Below are positions 39,104 to 51,093 of a DNA stretch of 64,000 bases, piece by piece. The stretch covers positions 1,364,001 to 1,428,000 of the forward strand of contig BQFW01000011.1 of the NCBI GenBank assembly GCA_020891255.1, written 5' to 3'. Both the position numbers and the translations under genes were made by a program. The first letter of the stretch is position 1, and each line of letters starts with the position of its first letter. Under the pieces are notes generated by a model. The model saw nothing but the letters and a program-made list of their open reading frames with translations, was not told the origin of the DNA and searched no databases. The stretch is from Entomortierella parvispora E1425 (taxonomy: Eukaryota > Fungi > Mortierellomycota).

Positions 39104-39226
39104 GGTAAAAGTAGACAAAGAGGGGGAGGATCAAGATGTGAAGCAATTGTTCAAACGGCCAGGCGGGATAGGTAAAAGTAGACAAAGGGGGGAAGGATCA
39201 AGAGTTCAAACGGCCAGGTGAGATAG
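39104..39226. repeat. Imperfect short tandem duplication (~67-bp period)
   Basis: GGTAAAAGTAGACAAAG..GGATCAAGA..GTTCAAACGGCCAGG occurs at 39104 and 39171. Confidence 0.85.
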
Positions 39227-40107
39227 ATCAGTCTTGATGGGGCGGATGATCACAGAGTAAATTTCAGTCTTCCTTCTGAGCCTTTTGTTCCATCTCTTTT
39301 CTCTTTTCTCGTCTGACCGTGGCGCTTGCTCTATCGACATTGCACAGGACAGGACAGGATGGGCGACTAGACCAGCATCAGCAAGGTCTTGGCATGGTCA
39401 CTCGACTTGCAGAACAGTGCATCCATCGATAGTCACTCTTGTCATGGTTGCATTGTCACCAGCCAGATCGATTCTTCCGTTCATGCGTTTCCATTTAAAA
39501 GAGGGACAACCGCGCCTGCAGAAGAAAGGAAGGGAAGGGAAGGAAGGAAGGAGGTAGCTTGCCTCCAGCGCAGACTCGACATCATTGTAGATTCAACTGG
39601 ATCCCTTGACATGGAAAAGCCGTTTGAATCATCGTTCGAGTCCACCCGCCCTTTGCGTGTGGTAGTGACCTCAGGCACCACACGATAATACTGAGTAGGG
39701 TCATTGTAACAGTCAGTGGTCTTCAGGAGATCCTTATAGTGCAGACGACGTCGGACAGAGGACCAACCACCGATTACCATTAACAATGCCAGATAGGCAT
39801 GGAGGCCTGCCTGAGAGCCTTTTCCCTGCGGCAGAAACCATGGCTGACAACAAGGACAGACGAGCAGGATTGTGGACGTCATCGTGTTGGTCTTTTCCCA
39901 TATTCCCGAACCGACATCATATCTTTTCTCAGTTGCACAGCTCTATGGAAACTCCCTTGACTGCATCCATGGATCATTAGGAAATTTGATTGACAAAGGT
40001 AAATTTTGACCAAAGTATTTGGTATTTTTTCAGCTCCGGATGGGAGGGAGACAAGGATGTTATCATACACGACGGTAGGCACACTGACACAAGGACAAAC
40101 ATATAGG

Positions 40108-42372
40108 CAAGTGCATGCGAGAGTGCACAATTACCTCTTCTGGAAAGCATTCAGCGCGGTAAAGGATGGTCAGGATGTGGTCAAAGCGGGGACCATGGAG
40201 CGCTATGGAGATATATGGAAAGAGGACCCACAGAGCTCAAGGATCAAGATCTAGATGGAGCCACTGCAACGCCACCAGTAACGAATATTTTACGAGGGCA
40301 ACAAGCATCACTCCAACTTGAATGCCCATGTGTGCCTTTTCCTCAATCTGGACTGCAGCGATATGGTGATTTCACTTAGTTCAGCACGGTCGAACCCACG
40401 GGTGACATGGGCTCTCTGAAGACCAAGATCAACCAGTTGGTCTATAGCATGTGTGAAAGTATTGGAAAGAACACCGCTGCTCATGAGGTAGCTGAATTGG
40501 CCAGCCGATCCAAGCCCGAGTTCCTTGCAAGCACGTCCCATGAGTTCAGGTATGCCCCCCCCCCCCCTTTTTTTTTTTGACATGATAATTTCCTGTTATT
40601 TATCCACTCTCGTTTCTTTTTGAAAACACCCATAGAACTCCTATGAACGGTGTTATTGGAGGGACTAGTTTGACTCTGGAGACAGAGTTGACTCGACTGC
40701 AACGAGAGAACTTGGTGATTGTTAGTCACCTCGCTCACTCGTTTTTGATATTTCCAAGAGTAAGAGGAGTAAGAACCTTTGGCTGTGCAGTGGAGCAGGA
40801 CTGGGGATGGAATATGGAGCTAATGTATTATTTTTGTCTTTGACTTTAGTCGAAACTGGTAAAATGGCTATAGAACAGGCACCGTTCTCACTCCGGACGC
40901 AGGCACTTTGGTGTACTCAGGACGCTTGCTGTGAAGGCGCACCAAAAGAAACTGGATCTGATCTACAATATCCAGAATTCCCAATAGTCTCTGTCAAGTC
41001 ACCTAGCAATCCCATTGGAAACGCCATCAAGTTTACGACAGAGGAAAGGTTGAACCGAGCGGTGTCTGCAAAAGCAAGACGGATGTCAGAGCGACAGGAT
41101 CGTTGTGGTGATTGATACTTCTGTCAGGTCGATGGATCGGCAACATGCGAGTAGGCGGTACCGGCTTGGGTCTCTCGATGGCAAAAAACGTCTTGTGACG
41201 TTGATGGGAGGCGATCTCTGGGTCAACAGTACGTTCGGCATGGGCTCGCAGTTCTTCTTCACGGCTCGCTCCAACATCGGCACCATGTCAGTTGTCAGTG
41301 GTAGTGATTATCTTGAAGACGAAGCCCTATGTCGGGTTCCATATTCTCTATATGGGCACGATGAAGGACGAGGCCATCTCGAACCCTATCATGCGGATGC
41401 TGGAGAATTTTGAAGTTCAAGACTACTCGTGTCACATCTCTGGAGCAAGCCAGCGCTTTGATGCCCAACTTTGGCAGCCAGGAGAAGTCCATATGTGATG
41501 TGGTCATTGTGGACAATGTCAAGGACATCCGCAAGGACATCCGCAAGATCAAGGAGATTGCCATGTTACGCTTCCCACCCATTGTGTTGTTGTCGATGAC
41601 GATACCCTATATCAGCATGACGATACCCTATATCAGCATGAAGTTGTGCCAGGAGCTTGGAATCGTCAGTTACTTGAACCCACCGGTTCAGTTGCCCGAA
41701 TTGATGAGCGCACTACTGCCACTCTTTGAGTCTGCATCGGCGCTCCTCCGGGACGAAGAGCATGCAATCCTATTGCACATTCTGTTGTCTTAGGACAATG
41801 TGGTAAGCTAGTAGTTGGCAGTCAGAATTCTGGAGAAGTTTGGACACAAGGTGATAATTGTGTCGAATGGCAAGATGATCGACCACTTGCCTATTATTGC
41901 CTTGACTACCCACGCCATGATTGGAGATAGATAGAAGTGTCGTAGCCGCTGACATGGTATGTTTTTTTATCTTTAATTTCGTCCCCCCCCCCCCCCTTTT
42001 TTTTTTTTTCTTTTTGCTGATTGCCGCGGTACGCTTTCAGTGATCCTGACTGGCTCATCTGGATGTCTTTTCTCCATTGTTTTAGGTGTTTTAGGACGAG
42101 TACATCACGAAGCCGCTGCGCGTCATCGAGTTGATTGCGATGATCAACAAGTTCCCGCCCAAGAACTGTCCTGATCTGGCCCAACATGATCCCTACTGCG
42201 AACACCCCAACATGCGGTCCAGTTACAGTCCTCCTCAAGATACCAAGTCCAATTTTTTTGTTCAAGAAGTCTTAAAAAACGATATATCCCCATCATGGCC
42301 AAGTGCAGTGTGGTTTTGTTTCCTTTCCCGATCTTTTCTTCTTTCTCATCCTGTCTTTTCTCTCTTTTTGTA
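40108..42372 (+). pseudogene. 5'-truncated, decayed group III (Nik1/Os-1-type) hybrid histidine kinase, copy 1
   Basis: KTKINQLV..AELASRSKPEFLASTSHEFR|[26 protein letters not shown]; KRLVTLMGGDLWVNSTFGMGSQFFFT; receiver remnants PIIALTTHAMIGDR* and DEYITKPLR. Multiple stops and frameshifts; introns retained. Confidence 0.88.
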
Positions 42373-44314
42373 TCAGTACTTTTTTTATTTCTTTTTTTCG
42401 ATATAATTTCGTTTGGCCGTACCCCCGCCATGATCGGCCCGGCCCCGGACCTAGCCGATTCACATAGGGGAAGGTGAACCTATTGAAGGCGGTACTTTTG
42501 GACCGCCTCCCCCTCCAATGGGTTTACGCCCAACTGAGGGATCCTCTTTCTCTAGAAGAAAGGGGAGCGCTCAGCGAAGAGGCCAGACCCATTAAAAAGG
42601 AGCTGAACGCACACATACGGGGCCCCGGCCCGTCTCCTAGCCCACCCCTGTCGCTGCAGGAACAGTGTTTTGAATGCGACAGAGTACGACGGACAGTACG
42701 GACCGACGGCATTACTACATGAGGGAGGGAAGAAGGATTCAGTACTGCAAGCATGAAATGACTCCACTGCAGAAGTCGCCACTGCTCCCCTGGGCCATGC
42801 GGTCACGGCTGCTCAAGACTATGGGGCCGGCAAAACCATCATCGCCGCCCCTGCTGCCGTTCCACAATCGGGTGTAGATACGTTGGATATCAATGCCCTG
42901 CGTAAAGTGACCTTGAGGACAAGAAATAGGTGTATTGTGCAGGGGACGAAGGTCCCAAAATACATCTTAGTCATGGCCGATATTCCATGAGTGCATTTGA
43001 AAGAGCAATACCCCTCGTAACAGCTTATTTGAAGAACCTTTGCGGACTTCTGTTCACCTTGCGCTCTTGATCACTCACAGAAACCTGGACCTTCTCAATG
43101 AATCCTTTCTTGCCACACCTTTTTTTTTTTTTTTTTTTTTTTTGCTCCATGATTTTCTGCTGCTAAGAAAGCGCAGGTCTGGCTCTCGATGATGGTGGTC
43201 ACGCCTATCGCTGCAAGCTGTCCGATGATAAAGTCCAGATTCCATGTCTCAATGTCTCTTATTACTGACTTCATCTCAGCGTCCTTTGTCCTCACATCCT
43301 GATTCAATTAATCATCACTCCCCTGGTCTTCTGTTGCATGGGGTAAAGAACAGGAAAAAATATTGGCGGCCCATCGCGTTGTTTCCCTTTGGACTCAGGC
43401 ACCAACACTTTGTGATGCTACCAGATCTGTCTGCCCATCGTTCCTTCAGCATTGTCTGCTAGTGGAATGGTGTTGTTTCAGGGGAAGGAGGTCTCTTGGG
43501 AGGGGGGTCAGTTGTTGATGTTAGGTCAGCGTTACTTTGAGAAAAGAACGATACGAAAAAAAAAATTGGTGGCGCGTGATAATGTGCCGCTTGAGAATTG
43601 GTGGCGCGTTTTTTTTTTTTTTTTTTTTTTTTTTTTGCAAGTTGTGGAAGTATATCTACTGGGGGCAATATACTGACACTACAGAAGGCGATCATATTCC
43701 TCGGATAGTAACTGTGTGCCCTGCGTGATGGGATGCATGGGATCCTCCCTTGATCCAAACTTTTTTTTTTCTTTTTTGGTATACTTGGACGGGATTCTAA
43801 ACCACGGTCTAAACATGGTGAGAGATGAGGAAGGTGCGAGAGCCATTGGAAGAAGAAGGAAGAGGCAGACTCAGTCGTGATGAGGATGAAGAGGGTGGTG
43901 TCTATTGAAGCGAGCAATGAAAAGGGAAAATGGTGTAGACCTCGACTGAATGTCGACAGGACAGCGGGAGCCAACACTCACGTACTTATGTACATGTACA
44001 ACGACTTGTCTACTTGATGAGGACGAAAAACGATGGTCAAGATGAATGAATTCATACTTGGGTGGACTACAAGAAAGAACACGAGGATAGACACGCGAGG
44101 GATGAATTGATCGAACAACGGCCAACGTCGTTGATCGATCTCGATCTTCACAACTTTGATAGAATCGTCATTAGAGGGAAACAACAGCGCGCGTTTTCTT
44201 TTTCTTCCATTCAGTTATCGTACGTTGTTGCGCATCGGCCATACCGCTCGTTTGTCGAGGATAAGATTCTGATGAGCCGGTCAGTGTTGCCATGATCTTT
44301 GCGTCATTGTTTCC

Positions 44315-44472
44315 AAGTAGAGCCTGATATATGGTATTGTCGTAGCCGAGTGATGGTCACGCTAGATGATGCTCATGCTAGATGATCGTTCCCAACGATC
44401 GCGAAGTAGAGCCTGATATATGGTATTGCCGTCGCCGAGTGATGGGCACGCAAGGTGATCGTTCCCAGCGGT
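44315..44472. repeat. Imperfect direct tandem duplication (~89-bp period)
   Basis: AAGTAGAGCCTGATATATGGTATTG(T/C)CGT occurs at 44315 and 44404. Confidence 0.88.
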
Positions 44473-44689
44473 CAAGGTCCATGCCGCCAGTGCCCTTTTT
44501 TTAAATGATACAAAAGCAGCCTTCACTTCTCCCTTCTTTCTTCAGCCCCATAGCATAGAATCAGCCTCCCCGTTAACACCAGCCTGTAAATAGGCGATCC
44601 CACAAGGCATTCCCCAGCCATAATTAACGGTGGTAGTGGGGCAGGAGGAGGTACGTCTATTAAAATGTCGAAAGGAGAACATACCCCTT

Positions 44690-45782
44690 CATACTTTGAA
44701 CAGGATTCAGACAACTGTGAGATTTGTGAGAGGTCAACCACCAAGGGATCATAAAACAATCAAAATTGACCATTGTTTTCGCCTTTCCCTTTTGTTCCCA
44801 GTACCATTCAACACCCAATATAGAAGCACCGCTACCTTTATACCAGGATCTCTATTAACGGCCCCATGAGGGAGGACCCCACCGTCGGCGTCGCCGAGCT
44901 AGACCCCCGCATGTGGAAGGGCAGGTGAGGGGGAACCACCCCTACCTGCAAGAACGACAAGCGGCCGAGGAACAACTGCAGCTTCAAAGAGATGCCCGGG
45001 AAGGAGATATTCATCTCCTCCAAAATGCTCTAGATCTTCATTATCTCCGCCGGAGACACAAACAACATGCACAGCAACAGCAGCCCCAGCCCCAGCACCA
45101 CTAGCACCACCACTAGGAATTCCAACAGCAATTTGAACGAGAATAGTTAATAAATATCGACTTTTGTTTGGCTCTCCTACATTCCCTTCGTGCTCAAATT
45201 GCCAGTATCCCTCGTTGATAGCTCCCGAACTGGATTCCAAGCTTGAACTCTTGTCCAATTCATGCTCTCAATTACTCATACAAGTCATCGTCGCCTAGAA
45301 GCCAGCGAATGCTCCACACTCTCATAAGCTTTTGCTCGCTATCCATCCTTTTATGTCGTTGTACGTCTTGGACGGAGCTTTGTAAAGCTCCTGTTTGAGT
45401 CCAGACCTAGTGCTTAGCCGTGTGGGCAATACTTGAGCCACACCATGACAGAAATAGACCCGGACAGAAAGTGGATGAGACTCGAGGGGGGGGGGGGTTA
45501 TCCAGACCTGTGTTGTGATGGCTCTGAGCTTGCAGATCAGAGGTGGCACACAGCCCAATTCACTATCTCCAAAGGTCTCAACAGCATGACGATGTGGGCT
45601 CGAACGACCAATATCAATATCAACTCGCAAGGATGGAATGGGATAGTTGCATGCCTCAAGCACTTAGATTTCTATGTTTTTTTGTTAGCCATAGTCTACC
45701 CTTGGCAACCACGATGCTGTCCACTGAAGTAAAGTCTCGAGCTCTTCGCCTAGGGCCTTGCCAAATCCTCGCATTCAATAAC
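44690..45782 (+). repeat. Dispersed repeat family R, copy B (contains a decayed Arg/Gln-rich ORF)
   Basis: Colinear with the reverse complement of ~48280-49390: GTCAACCACCAAGGGA, RGNHPYL coding segment, CAAATTGCCAGTA, GCCACACCATGACAGA(A/G)ATAGACCCGGACAG, GCTCTGAGCTTGCAGATCAGA, GCACTTAGAT. Confidence 0.85.
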
Positions 45783-45807
45783 GGGAATACTGTGGGTAGT
45801 TCTCCTG

Positions 45808-48155
45808 CCTATCTACAAAAAGAGAGACAGGATGACAAAGAAGAAAAGATCGGGAAAGGAAACAAAACCACACTACACTTGGCCATGATGGGGATATATC
45901 GTTTAAGACTTCTTGAACAAAAAAATTGGACTTGGTATCTTGAGGAGGACTGTAGCTGGACCGCATGTTGGGGTGTTCGCAGTAGGGATCATGTTGGGCC
46001 AGATCAGGACAGTTCTTGGGCGGGAACTTGTTGATCATCGCAATCAACTCGATGACGCGCAGCGGCTTCGTGATGTACTCGTCCTAAAACACCTAAAACA
46101 ATGGAGAAAAGATATCCAGATGAGCCAGTCAGGATCACTGAAAGCGTACCGCGGCAATCAGCAAAAAGAAAAAAAAAAAAGGGGGGGGGGGGGGGACGAA
46201 ATTAAAGATAAAAAAACATACCATGTCAGCGGCTACGACACTTCTATCTATCTCCAATCATGGCGTGGGTAGTCAAGGCAATAATAGGCAAGTGGTCGAC
46301 CATCTTGCCGTTCGACACAATTGTCGCCTTGTATCCAAACTCCTCCAAACTCCTCCAAACTCCTGAGTGCCACCTCTGGTTCACCACATTGTTCTCGGCC
46401 AACAGAATGTGCAACGGGATCGCATGCTCTTCATCCGAGAGGAGCGCCGACGCAGACGCCAAGACCGGCAGTAGTGCGTTCATCAATTCAGGCAAATGAA
46501 CCGGTAGGCTAACGTAACTGGCGATACCGAGCTCCTGGCACAACTTCATGCCGATATAGGGTGTCACCATCGACAACAACACAACGGGAAAGAAGCGTAA
46601 CATGGCAATGTCCTTGATCTTGCGGATGTCCTTGCGGATGTCCTTGACATTGTCCACAATGACCACATCAAACATAAACTTCTCCTGGCTGCCAGGGTTG
46701 GGCATCAAAGCGTTGGCTTGCTCCAGAGACGCGATATATGTTGTCTCTTGAACTCCAAGCTCTCGAGTGTTCACATCACAGAGTTGGAAATGACCCTGTC
46801 CCTCATCGCACCCATGTAGAGAATATGGAACCCGACATAGGGCTTGGTCTTCAAGTTGATCTGTTCCACTGACATCGTACTGGTGTTGAAGCGTACCGAA
46901 AAGAAGAAATGGGAGCCCTTAACGAGTGTTTTGTTGACCCAGAGGTCGCCTCCCATCAACGTCACAAGACGCTTGGAGATTCTAGGAGATCCAAGCCGGT
47001 ACCACCATGCTCGCATATTGCCGACCCATCGACCTGACAGAAGGTATCAAACACCGCAACGATTCTGTCGCTCTGGATATTAATACCCGTATCCGAGACA
47101 CAGAACTGAATCTCCACTCTAGCATCCATCTTGTTTTTGCAGACATAGTCCAGCACCACACTTCCCTCCGTCGTAAACTTGATGGCGTCTCCAATAAGAT
47201 TGGTGATGACTTGACAGAGACGAGAAGGGTCACCGACAGGTTGATCTGGGAACTCGTTGTGGATGTTGTAGATGTTGTAGATCAGATCCGATTTCTTTTG
47301 ATGCGCCTTGACAGCAAGAGTCCTGAGTAGACCAAAATGCCTGCGTCCGGAGCGAGAATGGTGCCTGCTCGATAGTCGCTAAAGTCAAAGACAGAAATAA
47401 TGCATTAGCTCCATATTCCACCCACAGTCCTGTTCCATTGCGCAGCCCAGGTTCTTACTCTTGGAAATATCCAGGATATCGTCAAAGATGGTCAAAAGCG
47501 AGTGAACGAGGTGAATGACAATCAACAAACAATTTCGTTGCCGGCGAGTCAACTCTTTTCAAACTAGTCCTTCCAATAATACCGTTCATAGGAGTCCTAT
47601 GGGTGTTTGCAAAAGAAATGAGAGTCGATAAATGGCTGTGGCAAGAAATGAACATGTCAAGGATTAAACACAAAAAAAAAAAAAAAAAGTACCTGATCTC
47701 ATGGGACAAGCTTGCAAGAAACTCGGACTTGACCGGTTTGCCAGTTCAGCTACCTCACAACGGTGTTCTTTCCAATACTTTCACACATGGCTGTAGACCA
47801 CCTGGTTGATCTTGGTCTTCAAAGAGCCCATGTCACTCGATGGTTCCACCGTGCTGAACTAAGTGAAATCACCATCTTTCGCTGCGTCGCTACAGTCAAA
47901 ATTGAGTCAAAGGCACGCAGATAGGCAGTCAAGTTGGACGCCATCGTGTTCACGTTAGAGGTGGTTACCCTGGTAAAATATTCGTCACCGGTGGCGTTGC
48001 AGTGACTCCTATTTCTTGATCCTTGAGCTCTGATGGTTCCTCTTTTCATGATAACTCCATAGCGCTCCATGTTCTCCGCTTTGACCACATCCTGACCATC
48101 CATTGCCGTACTAAAATTCACTCCAGAAGAGGTAGTAGTGTACCCTTGCATGCAC
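45808..48155 (-). pseudogene. 5'-truncated, decayed group III hybrid histidine kinase, copy 2 (inverted relative to copy 1)
   Basis: SNVNTMASNLTAYLRAF (last HAMP), MSHEIR..TPMNGIIG, FDTFCQVDGS..EHGGTGL, ISKRLVTLMGGDLWVN, HILLAENNVVNQ, PIIALTTHAMIGDR*. Frameshifts and stops present. Confidence 0.9.
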
Positions 48156-48242
48156 CTGCTGCAAAGTTGACCCAAAAGAAAATAAACCGAATCCCCTCCA
48201 AGGGCGGTCCACAGACTGTCAGCTAGAACCCCATAATCAAGG

Positions 48243-48939
48243 ACCAGGCCTCTTTCATCTTCTCATATAAGTATTGTTCAGTGAATGCGGGATCTATCTG
48301 ACAAGGCCACAGGAGAAGAGCTCGATATTTTAATTAATGGACAGCGTTGTCGTTACCGTGGACAGACTCGGGCTACCAAAAAACACAGAGATCTAAGTGC
48401 TCGAGGCATGCACCCACCCGATCCATCGGCATCGCGCGTGCTTTGGAGATAGTAAATTGGTATTCTGATCTGCAAGCTCAGAGCCCTTGCACAAGTCTGG
48501 ATGACCCAGTCCCCTCCCACCCTCAAGTCTCGTCCACTTTCCTGTCCGGGTCTATCTCTGTCATGGTGTGGCTAAAGTACTGTCCACCATACAACAACAT
48601 GAAAGGATGGATAACGAGCAAAAGATTATGAGAGAGTGGGGCATTCGGTGACTTCTGGGCGATGATGACTTGCATAAGTAATTGAGATCATGACTTGGAC
48701 GAGAATTCAAACTTGGGATCCAGTACAGGGCTATCAACGATGAGTACTGGCAATTTGGGCAAGAAAGGAATGTGGGAGAGCCTAATGAAAGCCAAGATGT
48801 TTATTTGCTAATACTGATAATGCTGCTGCTGTTGCTGTTGCTGCTGTTGCTGCTGTTGCTGCTGTTGCTGCTGTTGCTGCTGTTGCTGCTGTTGCTGCTG
48901 CTGCTGGTGGTGGTGATGCTGCTGCTGCTGGTGGTGGTG

Positions 48940-48979
<40 letters not shown>

Positions 48980-49640
48980 CGCTGTCTTAGGTCGTGCAGA
49001 TCTAAAGCGTTTTGGATGAGATGTATCTCACCCTCCTGAGCGTGATTTTGCGCCTGCTGTTGCTGTAGAAGCAGCATGTACCTCAGCTGTTGCTGAATTA
49101 GTAAATGCTGTTCTTCCCCTACCTGCTGTGCTAGCAGGTAGGGGTGGTTCCCCCTCGCCGCTTGGCCTCTCGCGCGGCGGCGGGCACGGCGGGGACGGGA
49201 ACCCTTGGCAGGGTTGACCTCATATGGAGGTGGTGGTGGTGGTGGAGGTGGTGGCGCTTCCATGGTGAATGAGGGGATGAGAGAAGAAGGAGAAGGAAAA
49301 GGCGAAAACAATGATCAATTTTGACTTTTTTATGGTCCCTTGGTGGTTGACATCTCACAAGTCTCGTGATTGTCTGACCCTGTTCGTAGGCAAGAGTAGA
49401 GGGAGGGTTGATGTCCGCCTTCTCAAACTTCACTCAGTGGCACTAGCTGGAAGATCAATCAAATGAGCAACAGTGCCTACAGCGGAGCGCATCGTCCGTT
49501 TATGCTTGTTTCCTCTCACAAGGTATGTAGAGAATGGCGAGGAGGTCAAGGCAGAGAAGACTCGGGAGGCGGGGAGGGAGAAGTAGTGAGGAGTTGCCCA
49601 AGCTAGACGGAAAGGGAAATGCAATGACTGAAGCGACCTC
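48243..49640 (-). repeat. Dispersed repeat family R, copy C (most complete copy)
   Basis: Homologous to copy B over ~1.1 kb and to copy A at both of its ends. Confidence 0.85.
48808..49263 (-). CDS. Small Pro/Arg/Gln-rich ORF with expanded polyQ/His tract, inside repeat R copy C; coding status uncertain
   Basis: ATG 49263 MEAPPPPPPPPP..RPRRARRRARG..RGNHPYL..EGEIHLIQNALDLHDLRQRH followed by a (CAG/CAA/CAC) tract at ~48823-48982. The homologous frame is broken in copy B. Confidence 0.4.
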
Positions 49641-51093
49641 TAGGCGTTGTTCGGCCATGATGTTGATGGTATTTTATATTTTATCTTATTTTTTTTTCTG
49701 GTCTATTAAATATAATAAATACATGTCCTGCCGACAAAACAGATCAGCGAGGGCATCTCTGCTCACAAAAATCCTGAGTTGGGTTAGTTGTCTTCTCTAC
49801 AATCATCGCTTGGAACTACAACTCAATGGAGAGTAGCACAAGTCATAAAATCCTGGCCAGGCGTATGTCGATGGTCGATCAAGACGCAGATCAACAACAA
49901 AAGCAACTTTACGATCCACCATCATGGTCTGTTATGATTCCCTCTTAGGTGAACGGCTGTTGTCAACACGGGCATGTCTAGGGCTCCTCCTTTGATGTTG
50001 TAGTCCTCACTCTAGGACTGCAATTTCCTTGCCTCGGATATGTCATCTATCCATATTGCCTCCGAAAAATCAACAAAATGACCTCCAGTCCCACAAACAA
50101 ATCACATACCAGCTTCTTCAGTCAACAGAGAGGTTAAATGACCATGAGTAAAGAAAGCTACACATCCATGGTAGTGTATCCGATGTGTGTCCAATGTGTC
50201 CCCGATATGCTTCCGTTTCCTTAGATCGAGCTTGCCACATGCAGATCGCTTCTTCTGTGACCAAACAGCAATGGCAACCTATAAAAATGAAAGGTCAGTA
50301 CCTGCTACGTGCCATGTAAAAGATTTGAGCGTCATGGATCGATTCGATAGTTGACAACCAACCAAGCTCCCTCTTCCTGATGTCTCCGCAATCGGGGACC
50401 AGTTCTCGGCCGGCCTGACAGGCGTGGTTTTTGATGCATCCAGGTTTGTGGAATTGTCTGTAAGTGAGCGCTGCAGAATTTGATAAATTAAAATGTAAGG
50501 AAAGGATGCCAATATACATTACCTGCGCAATGGATATGGATCTTGGTAGAAAACAAGCGAATGAGATGTTTCGCACATGGGCTTTCAATGAGCATTAATT
50601 CATCCATCCATCCGCAGGACACGTGACTACGTAATTGTGGAGGAAAAGATGCTGTGGTTCGGGTGGTAGAAGGGTCTGTTCTGATCCTGGTCGAAAGACG
50701 CTCTGGTGGTGCCAGCAGTCCCTGTTCGTGCTACCCCCTGCCCTTGGCATTGAAAGGTTGAGCTGGCTCCTTCGAGAACACTCTCGTCGAGATCAAGCTT
50801 CTCTTGCTCCTCGCCCGCGTTCATACTTGTGAAATAAAGGTTCTCTGGGTGGTATCTGTGTTCTTTTCCGGGTCTCCTAAAAGGGTTCTCGCCTGCTCGT
50901 ATGGAACCAGTGTCCGTATAGCAGAAGCAGCAGCGACGGAATAGTAGGAAAGAAGTATGTGGCAAAGTCAACTTTCCCCCTTTTTATACCAGAGCTGCAG
51001 TGGCTTAGAGGCAAATCCACGACATAATTAATGGACCGCGGCCCAAACGCGCGCGAAGTGGTGCATGGTCAGACTCCTCAACTCACTCCCACG

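Noticed and set aside
38112-39221. 369-aa ORF
   Set aside because: The 5' half is a purine-rich leader-like tract with a non-ATG start. No recognisable motif was found, so it is not called as a gene; the 3' third may be a relic.
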